Assembly: GCF_000014785.1 (NCBI RefSeq)
Contig: NC_008340.1
Coordinates: 2,520,001-2,552,000 of the forward strand
Length of the DNA stretch: 32,000 nucleotides
Origin: Alkalilimnicola ehrlichii MLHE-1
Lineage (GTDB): Bacteria; Pseudomonadota; Gammaproteobacteria; Nitrococcales; Halorhodospiraceae
Reading direction: 5' to 3'
Under the pieces are notes generated by a model. The model was given only the letters and a program-made list of their open reading frames with translations. It made no database searches and was not told where the DNA came from. Both the position numbers and the translations under genes were made by a program. Shown here in pieces: positions 21,508 to 27,539 of the stretch. The first letter of the stretch is position 1, and the number at the start of each line of letters is the position of its first letter.

Positions 21508-22302
21508 ATGATCAACCGCAACCACCGGCCATTACGGGGCGTCCTGAGCGACCCCGACGAGCCGGCAGCCGCCGCCGCCCTGGCCCACCGGCTCGACCTG
21601 CCGCTGCTCACCGAGCCCCCCGAGACGCCCGCCCTCTTTCTACACCATAGCCGCAACGGCCTGGCCCTGCGCAGCAGTGGGTCGAACGCGCCCGGCCCGA
21701 TACGGGTGAGCCTGGACGAGGGCCGGCAAGGCCAGCGCCTGCGCCAGGCCAGCCTGAAACGGGAGACGCTGGCCCGGGCCTGCGGGCTGCGCGGGGGGCG
21801 GTCGCTGCGCATCGTCGACGCCACCGCCGGCCTCGGTCGGGACGCCATGGTACTGGCCGCCCTCGGCGCACGGGTCACCCTGATAGAGCGCCACCCGGTG
21901 ATCGCCGCACTGCTGGCCGACGGCCTGCGCCGGGCGCGACGCAGCCATCCCGAGCTGGCCGCCCGCCTGCACCTGGTGGAGGCGGACAGCCTGCAGTGGC
22001 TGGCCGAGCTGACCCCGGCGGAACGGCCCGAGGTGATTTGTCTCGACCCGATGTACCCGGCCGGAAGCACGCGCGGCGCGGTCCGCAAGGACCTGCAGGC
22101 GCTGCGGGAGCTGCCCGACTGGCCGGGCCTGGCCCCGGTGGACGAGGTCGCCCTGCTCGCGCTCGCCCGCGCCAGCGCCACCGCCCGGGTGGTGGTCAAA
22201 CGCCCCGGGCGGGCCGCCCCACTGGCCGGCAAGGCACCGGACTGGCAACTGCCCGGGCGCAGCACCCGGTTCGATGTCTACCGGGGGCTCGCCGGGGATT
22301 AA
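21508..22302 (+). CDS. rsmJ: 16S rRNA (guanine1516-N2)-methyltransferase RsmJ-like SAM-dependent methyltransferase
   Basis: 264-aa ORF. DATAGLGRDAMVLAALGARVTLIERHPVIAALLADGL and VVKRP...RFDVY closely parallel E. coli RsmJ as I recall it. Confidence 0.87.
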   Translation: MINRNHRPLRGVLSDPDEPAAAAALAHRLDLPLLTEPPETPALFLHHSRNGLALRSSGSNAPGPIRVSLDEGRQGQRLRQASLKRETLARACGLRGGRSLRIVDATAGLGRDAMVLAALGARVTLIERHPVIAALLADGLRRARRSHPELAARLHLVEADSLQWLAELTPAERPEVICLDPMYPAGSTRGAVRKDLQALRELPDWPGLAPVDEVALLALARASATARVVVKRPGRAAPLAGKAPDWQLPGRSTRFDVYRGLAGD

Positions 22303-22376
22303 GGGTGCCGCGAAGGGCGCGCGATGACGGGGATGGGGGCGCCCCCACCGTCACTGCGAGCCCCCGACCCATCATC
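22303..22376. repeat. degenerate or truncated leading units of the array
   Basis: GCGCGATGACGGGGATGGGGGCGCCCCCACCGTCACTGCGAG is a variant of the junction hairpin. It is followed by a truncated 28-bp unit (22349-22376). Confidence 0.85.
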
Positions 22377-23540
22377 CGTCACTGCGAGCCCCGAAGGGGC
22401 GTGGCAGCCCACGCCGGGGTGTGGATCGCCGCGTCGCTGCGCTCCTCGCGATGACGGGGGTGGTGGCCCCCACCGTCACTGCGAGCCCCGAAGGGGCGTG
22501 GCAGTCCATACCGGGGTGTGGATCGCCGCGTCGCTGCGCTCCTCGCGATGACGGGGGTGGTGGCCCCCACCGTCACTGCGAGCCCCGCAGGGGCGTGGCA
22601 GTCCACGCCAGGGTGTGGATCGCCGCGTCGCTACGCTCCTCGCGATGACGGGGGTGGTGGCCCCCACCGTCACTGCGAGCCCCGAAGGGGCGTGGCAGTC
22701 CATACCGGGGTGTGGATCGCCGCGTCGCTGCGCTCCTCGCGATGACGGGGGTGGTGGCCCCCACCGTCACTGCGAGCCCCGAAGGGGCGTGGCAGTCCAC
22801 GCCGGGGTGTGGATCGCCGCGTCGCTGCGCTCCTCGCGATGACGGGGGTGGTGGCCCCCACCGTCACTGCGAGCCCCGAAGGGGCGTGGCAGTCCATACC
22901 GGGGTGTGGATCGCCGCGTCGCTGCGCTCCTCGCGATGACAGGGGTGGTGGCCCCCACCGTCACTGCGAGCCCCGAAGGGGCGTGGCAGCCCACGCCGGG
23001 GTGTGGATCGCCGCGTCGCTGCGCTCCTCGCGATGACGGGGGTGGTGGCCCCCACCGTCACTGCGAGCCCCGAAGGGGCGTGGCAGTCCACGCCGGGGTG
23101 TGGATCGCCGCGTCGCTGCGCTCCTCGCGATGACGGGGGTGGTGGCCCCCACCGTCACTGCGAGCCCCGAAGGGGCGTGGCAGTCCATACCGGGGTGTGG
23201 ATCGCCGCGTCGCTGCGCTCCTCGCGATGACAGGGGTGGTGGCCCCCACCGTCACTGCGAGCCCCGAAGGGGCGTGGCAGCCCACGCCGGGGTGTGGATC
23301 GCCGCGTCGCTGCGCTCCTCGCGATGACGGGGGTGGTGGCCCCCACCGTCACTGCGAGCCCCGAAGGGGCGTGGCAGTCCACGCCAGGGTGTGGATCGCC
23401 GCGTCGCTACGCTCCTCGCGATGACGGGGGTGGTGGCCCCCACCGTCACTGCGAGCCCCGAAGGGGCGTGGCAGTCCATGCCGGGGTGTGGATCGCCGCG
23501 TCGCTACGCTCCTCGCGATGACGGGGGTGGTGGCCCCCAC
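22377..23540. repeat. 12 head-to-tail copies of a 97-bp palindromic unit (A-type)
   Basis: Unit starts fall at 22377 + 97n for n = 0 to 11. Consensus: CGTCACTGCGAGCCCCGAAGGGGCGTGGCAGTCCACGCCGGGGTGTGGATCGCCGCGTCGCTGCGCTCCTCGCGATGACGGGGGTGGTGGCCCCCAC. Only 7 positions vary among copies. Confidence 0.98.
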
Positions 23541-23618
23541 CGTCACTGCGAGGAGGCGAAGCCGACGTGGCAGTCTACCCCTCTGGATCGCCACGGGCCT
23601 TCGGCCCTCGCGATGACG
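23541..23618. repeat. 78-bp B-type palindromic module, copy B3
   Basis: Same orientation as B1 and B2, with 1 mismatch to B2. Confidence 0.95.
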
Positions 23619-23677
23619 GGGGGAAAGCCTTCGGCCCTTGCGATGACGGGGAAAGCCTTCGGCCCTTGCGAGGATGG
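23619..23677. repeat. two 30-bp-type mini-modules; the second is degenerate
   Basis: GGGGGAAAGCCTTCGGCCCTTGCGATGACG followed by GGGAAAGCCTTCGGCCCTTGCGAGGATGGGG. Confidence 0.85.
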
Positions 23678-23687
23678 GGCTATCACT

Positions 23688-23724
23688 AAAATAAAAGGGC
23701 CCCATCCCGTGGGATGGAGCCCCT
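23688..23724 (-). terminator. rho-independent terminator downstream of tRNA-Gln
   Basis: The minus strand reads GGGGCTCCATCCC-ACG-GGATGGGGCCC followed by TTTTATTTT. Confidence 0.75.
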
Positions 23725-23727
23725 TGT

Positions 23728-23801
23728 TGGCTGGGGGACCAGGATTCGAACCTGGGTTGACGGAGTCAGAGTCCGTAGTCCTACCGCTAGACGATCCCCC
23801 A
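23728..23801 (-). tRNA. tRNA-Gln (anticodon CUG)
   Basis: The minus strand reads TGGGGGATCGTCTAGCGGTAGGACTACGGACTCTGACTCCGTCAACCCAGGTTCGAATCCTGGTCCCCCAGCCA. It folds by hand into a cloverleaf: 7-bp acceptor stem, anticodon stem ACGGA/TCCGT with loop CTCTGAC, T-arm CCAGG-TTCGAAT-CCTGG, and an encoded CCA. Confidence 0.93.
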
Positions 23802-23857
23802 ATAAAGCGGGCCCGGCGTACCGGGCGGGGCCGCCGGAGCGACCCGGATACAGCCGA

Positions 23858-24250
23858 TCAGCGCTTGCTGAACTGAGTGGCGCGGCGCGCCTTGTGCAGG
23901 CCGATCTTCTTACGCTCGACCATACGGGCGTCACGGGTGACGTAGCCTGCCTTGCTCAGCGGCTGCTTGAGCGCCTCATCGTACTGGACGAGGGCGCGGG
24001 TGATGCCGTGACGGATGGCGCCGGCCTGGCCGCTGGGGCCGCCGCCCGCAACGGTCACCTGCACGTCGAACTGCTCGGTGGCGTCGACCAACTCCAGCGG
24101 CTGACGGACGATCATGCGCGCCGTCTCGCGACCGAAGTACTCGTCCAGCGAGCGCCCGTTTACTTTAATGTCTCCGCTGCCGGGGCGCAAGAAGACCCGG
24201 GCGCTGGAGGTCTTGCGACGACCGGTGCCGTAATACTGCTGTTCCGCCAT
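23858..24250 (-). CDS. rpsI: 30S ribosomal protein S9
   Basis: 130-aa [24 protein letters not shown]...[10 protein letters not shown]. Confidence 0.97.
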   Translation of the reverse strand: MAEQQYYGTGRRKTSSARVFLRPGSGDIKVNGRSLDEYFGRETARMIVRQPLELVDATEQFDVQVTVAGGGPSGQAGAIRHGITRALVQYDEALKQPLSKAGYVTRDARMVERKKIGLHKARRATQFSKR

Positions 24251-24273
24251 GACGTTTACCGTTCCTGATCCAA

Positions 24274-24702
24274 TCAGATATCGAGCGGCTGCGGCTGCTG
24301 GGCAGCATGCCGATGTTCGCCGCCGGCGTAGACCTTGAGCTTTTTGATCATCGCGCGACCCAGCCGGTTCTTGGGCAGCATGCCCTTGACGGCCTTCTCG
24401 ATCACGCGCTCAGGCGCCTTGTCGATCAGCTTCTCGAAGCTGATGCTCTTCATGTTGCCGATGTAGCCAGTGTGCTGATGGTACATCTTGTCACTGGCCT
24501 TGTTCCCCGTCACGGCGATCTTCTCGGCGTTGACCACGACGATGTAGTCGCCGGTGTCGACGTGGGGGGTGTATTCGGGCTTGTGTTTACCACGCAGGCG
24601 ATAGGCGACTTCGCTGGCCAGACGGCCCAGGGTCTTGCCGTTGGCGTCTACCACGTACCAGTCGCGCTGTACGTCTGCGGGCTTTGCGCTGTAGGTCTTC
24701 AT
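24274..24702 (-). CDS. rplM: 50S ribosomal protein L13
   Basis: 142-aa [33 protein letters not shown]... Confidence 0.97.
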   Translation of the reverse strand: MKTYSAKPADVQRDWYVVDANGKTLGRLASEVAYRLRGKHKPEYTPHVDTGDYIVVVNAEKIAVTGNKASDKMYHQHTGYIGNMKSISFEKLIDKAPERVIEKAVKGMLPKNRLGRAMIKKLKVYAGGEHRHAAQQPQPLDI

Positions 24703-24744
24703 GAACCGTACTCCGAAGCCTGTGCTCCCTCAGGAAAGGCGGGA

Positions 24745-24773
24745 ATCTTAGCGGAAACGGCCGCGTCAGACAA
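24745..24773 (-). promoter_or_regulatory. candidate sigma-70 promoter for rplM-rpsI
   Basis: The minus strand reads TTGTCT-N17-TAAGAT, with the -10 element about 40 nt upstream of the rplM ATG. This is a pattern match only. Confidence 0.35.
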
Positions 24774-24814
24774 CACCCGATTGGCGGTTTGAGGCGTCTG
24801 CGCGCCGCACGGAT

Positions 24815-24845
24815 AAAAAAAAGGCGCGGCAGAGGGTGCCGCGCC
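24815..24845 (-). terminator. strong rho-independent terminator
   Basis: The minus strand reads GGCGCGGCA-CCCTC-TGCCGCGCC followed by T8. It lies about 170 nt downstream of the ferredoxin gene stop and upstream of the rplM promoter region. Confidence 0.8.
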
Positions 24846-25017
24846 TAACACACCAAAGGAGGATGGAGGAGAAGACCGACTGGCCAAACCATGTGGCCAA
24901 CCGGACGAGTGTTATTTTCTTGCGACGCAGCAGATGGGTCAACCGCGCGGGGTGTGGCGCATTGTCCCACCCGGCGCGTCGCCCTTGTGCACCGGCACAG
25001 CGCCGCTGGTCGCCGCC

Positions 25018-25329
25018 TCATAGCTTCAGCCTTTCCACCTCGCGCCCGTGGACCAAGTGCTCGTCGACCAGCTCGTCCAGGTCCTCCTCATCCACCCACG
25101 TGTACCAGACACCCTCCGGGTAGACCACCGCCACCGGCCCCTCCTCGCAACGGTCCAGGCAACCGGCCGCGTTGACCCGCAGCCCCCCCGGCCCGGTCAG
25201 CCCCAGGGCCTTGGCGCGGGCTTTGACATAGTCCTTGGCCTCTGCACCGCCTCGATTGCAGCAGCAGGGGCGCTCATCGCCCTCCCGCCGGTTGGTGCAG
25301 AAAAACATGTGGCGACGGTAATAGGACAT
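25018..25329 (-). CDS. thioredoxin-like [2Fe-2S] ferredoxin-domain protein
   Basis: 103-aa ORF with Cys clusters FFCTNRR...PCCC and AAGCLDRCEEGP, typical of (2Fe-2S) ferredoxin-domain proteins. Confidence 0.8.
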   Translation of the reverse strand: MSYYRRHMFFCTNRREGDERPCCCNRGGAEAKDYVKARAKALGLTGPGGLRVNAAGCLDRCEEGPVAVVYPEGVWYTWVDEEDLDELVDEHLVHGREVERLKL

Positions 25330-25336
25330 AGGCGGA

Positions 25337-26158
25337 TCAAACCTCCTGATCCGGCGCCAGGTTGCGACCGGCGAAGATCTCGGTCATCTCCCGTCGAAGC
25401 TGGCGTTCGATCTCGCGGCGCTCGGCCGGTTCCAGATTGCCGGCTGACTCGCCGAACAGGTAGTTCTCCAAGTCCAGCTCCCGCACCATCATCTTGGTGT
25501 GGAACAGGTTCTCCTGAAACACGTTCACATCGATGGTGTGGTAACGCTCCTTGGTATCGTCCGCCAGGTAGTTCTGGATGGAATTGATGTCGTGGTCGAT
25601 GAAATGCTTGCGGCCGCGCACATCACGGGTGAAGCCGCGCACCCGGTAGTCCATGGTGACGATGTCGGAGTCGAAGCTGTGAATCAGGTAATTCAGCGCC
25701 TTAAGCGGCGAGATCACCCCGCAGGTGGAGACATCAATGTCGGCGCGGAAGGTGCTGACACCGTGATCCGGGTGGCTCTCCGGGTAGGTGTGCACGGTGA
25801 TGTGCGACTTGTCCAGGTGGCCCAGCACCGTCTCCGGCAGCGGCCCGGGCCCGACCTGGTCGGCGGCCTCCGCCACGGCCTCGCTGACCGGCTCCTCGGA
25901 GATGAGGATGGTCACGCTGGCCCCCTGGGGCTCGTAGTCCTGCCGGGCGATATTGAGGATATTCGCCCCGATGATGTCGGCCACATCGGTCAGGATCTGG
26001 GTCAGACGTTCGGCATTGTAGACCTCATCGATGTACTCGATATAGGCATGCCGCTGCTCCGCGGTCTTGGCGTAGCAGACGTCGTAGATATTGAAACTCA
26101 GGGACTTGGTCAGGTTATTGAAGCCGTGCAGGCTCACCCTGGAACCGTGTTCTGCCAA
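25337..26158 (-). CDS. speD: S-adenosylmethionine decarboxylase proenzyme (E. coli type); start uncertain (TTG 26158 or GTG 26137)
   Basis: [47 protein letters not shown]...[25 protein letters not shown] closely parallels E. coli SpeD. The TTG at 26158 has a GGAGGA SD 7 nt upstream. The long ORF-track extension to 26257 was rejected. Confidence 0.9.
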   Translation of the reverse strand: MAEHGSRVSLHGFNNLTKSLSFNIYDVCYAKTAEQRHAYIEYIDEVYNAERLTQILTDVADIIGANILNIARQDYEPQGASVTILISEEPVSEAVAEAADQVGPGPLPETVLGHLDKSHITVHTYPESHPDHGVSTFRADIDVSTCGVISPLKALNYLIHSFDSDIVTMDYRVRGFTRDVRGRKHFIDHDINSIQNYLADDTKERYHTIDVNVFQENLFHTKMMVRELDLENYLFGESAGNLEPAERREIERQLRREMTEIFAGRNLAPDQEV

Positions 26159-26279
26159 CTGCCCGTCCTCCAGTCCGGCCCGTGGTGATCGGTACCGCCG
26201 CGCACAGGCGGCGGGCGCGGTATTATGCCTGACCCGGGGCCCACTGCCAGCCCCCACCGGACGTTGCGCCCCGGCCCGC

Positions 26280-26690
26280 TCAGACGAGTTCGTGGCTGTG
26301 CGTCACCTTTGCGGCCTTGCTCAGCATGATCGAGGCGGAGCAGTACTTCTCGGCGGAGAGCTGCACCGCCCGGGCGACGGCCTTCTCCGAGAGCCCCTCG
26401 CCGGCCACCTGGAAGTGTAGGTGGATGCGGGTGAACACCTTGGGGGGCTGCTCCGCGCGCTCCGCCTCGACGCGCACCTGGCAGTCCGCCACCGGGTGGC
26501 GGCCCCGCTGCAGGATGTGCACCACATCGAAGGCAGAGCAGCCGGCCGTGCCCAGCAGCAGCATTTCCATCGGCCGCGGGCCGCGATTCTCACCGCCCGC
26601 ATCCGCCGGCCCGTCCATCACCAGGGTGTGGCCGCTGCCGGTCTCCGCCTCGAAAGCGGCGTTGCCAAGCCATTTCACGCTTGCCTTCAT
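26280..26690 (-). CDS. OsmC/Ohr-family protein
   Basis: The ATG at 26690 has a GGGAG SD 5 nt upstream. Contains OsmC-like motifs (P.E.LL...AGC, EKYCSAS). Confidence 0.85.
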   Translation of the reverse strand: MKASVKWLGNAAFEAETGSGHTLVMDGPADAGGENRGPRPMEMLLLGTAGCSAFDVVHILQRGRHPVADCQVRVEAERAEQPPKVFTRIHLHFQVAGEGLSEKAVARAVQLSAEKYCSASIMLSKAAKVTHSHELV

Positions 26691-26852
26691 GGCAACTCCC
26701 ACCTATACCAATGACTAATAATACCGATAAGAGTGCGGAGTATATCCACGGTGCGCCGCTCTGAACAGGCGATGCGTCGCGATCTGTCGCAGGTCACTTA
26801 TAATTAGAGTCCCCTTCGCAACGCCGTATGCGCGGCACGAGGCAACCCTAAC

Positions 26853-27509
26853 ATGATTATGAATGCATCCATGGCGGGCCAGAACCCCGACTGTATCCAG
26901 CAGCTGCTGGCACAGAGTGAGCGCCATCTCTATGCCCCCCGGGCCTCGATCATGATGGCGGGGGAGGCCTCAGAGACGCTGTGCTACCTCAACTCCGGCA
27001 GCATCACGATCTTCATGGATGAAAGCAGCCACCGCGAAGTCATCATCGACTACCTCTACGCCGGCAGCTTCTTTGGGGCCTTGGGGTTGTTTCGCCAGGG
27101 GATGCCGCGCGGGGCCTGGGTGCGGGCACGCGGGGCCTGCGAGGTGGCCGAGATCCCCTACGACCGCTTCCTCGAGCTCAACCGGGAGTACCCGGAGCTG
27201 ATGGAGATGCTGGCGGGCCAGCTCGCCGACCGCCTGCGGCGGGCCCAGCAGAAGATCCACGACCTGGCCTGCCTGGACGTGGCCGGCCGCATCATGAGCG
27301 CCCTGCGCGATCTCGCCAGCCGGCCCGAGGCCATGACCCACCCCGACGGGATGCAGGTGCGCATCACCCGCCAGGAGCTGGGGCGCATCGTCGGCTGCTC
27401 CCGCGAGATGGTGGGCCGGGTGCTGAAGACCCTGGACGAGGAGGACCAGCTCGCGGTCCAGGGCAAGAACATCGTGGTCTTCGAGCGTCCGGTCGATCAC
27501 AGCGCCTAA
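26853..27509 (+). CDS. crp: cAMP receptor protein family global regulator (Crp/Vfr orthologue); start could be ATG 26853, 26859 or 26871
   Basis: RGAWVRARGACEVAEIPYDRF...LDVAGRIMSALRDLASRPEAMTHPDGMQVRITRQELGRIVGCSREMVGRVLKTL is near-collinear with E. coli CRP. It lies next to trpC, as vfr does in Pseudomonas (from memory). Confidence 0.92.
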   Translation: MIMNASMAGQNPDCIQQLLAQSERHLYAPRASIMMAGEASETLCYLNSGSITIFMDESSHREVIIDYLYAGSFFGALGLFRQGMPRGAWVRARGACEVAEIPYDRFLELNREYPELMEMLAGQLADRLRRAQQKIHDLACLDVAGRIMSALRDLASRPEAMTHPDGMQVRITRQELGRIVGCSREMVGRVLKTLDEEDQLAVQGKNIVVFERPVDHSA

Positions 27510-27539
27510 AAGGCCGTCCCGGGGCGGCCGCCGGCGCGG

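Noticed and set aside
22303-23680. CRISPR array
   Set aside because: The whole 97-bp period is conserved (7 variable positions), so there are no unique spacers between repeats. The shared core is only about 15 nt. No leader-like AT-rich region and no cas genes are present in the window.
22303-23680. Integron cassette array or attC sites
   Set aside because: There is no intI gene. I see no GTTRRRY/RYYYAAC core sites. No cassette ORFs lie between the palindromes, and the units abut each other directly.
23680-23860. Genomic island or prophage integration at tRNA-Gln
   Set aside because: I see no integrase, excisionase or phage genes. I did not notice a direct repeat of the tRNA 3' end elsewhere in the window. 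The neighbouring genes are core housekeeping genes.
22324-23876. Ladder of 75-aa ORFs (one 118 aa, one 161 aa) starting every 97 nt on both strands
   Set aside because: These are artefacts of stop-poor GC-rich repeats. The period of 97 leaves remainder 1 on division by 3, so each frame hits the TGA within CGCGATGAC by the third unit. The ORFs occur symmetrically on both strands, lack SD sequences, and have Arg/Pro/Gly-rich low-complexity composition. The same applies to 18980..19429, 19146..19466 and 19301..19588 in the first repeat cluster.
24836-25123. Plus-strand ORF preceded by a strong-looking AAAGGAGGATG
   Set aside because: The ATG directly abuts the GGAGG, so the spacing is about 0 nt. 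The ORF runs antisense through the ferredoxin gene and is Arg/Ser/Pro-rich. The purine-rich stretch is better explained as the complement of a CU-rich segment on the minus strand (see the sRNA finding).
26785-26810. CRP/Vfr autoregulatory site (TGTCGCAGGTCAC) and a TATAAT box upstream of crp
   Set aside because: The half-site spacing is 4 nt instead of 6, and the left half-site is poor. TATAAT may be a genuine -10 element, but no acceptable -35 lies 17 nt upstream, so I did not call a promoter.
27510-27539. Bidirectional terminator between the convergent crp and trpC genes (GGCCG-TCCCGGG-CGGCC)
   Set aside because: The stem is short and there is no flanking T- or A-run on either side. A 30-nt gap cannot be judged with confidence.
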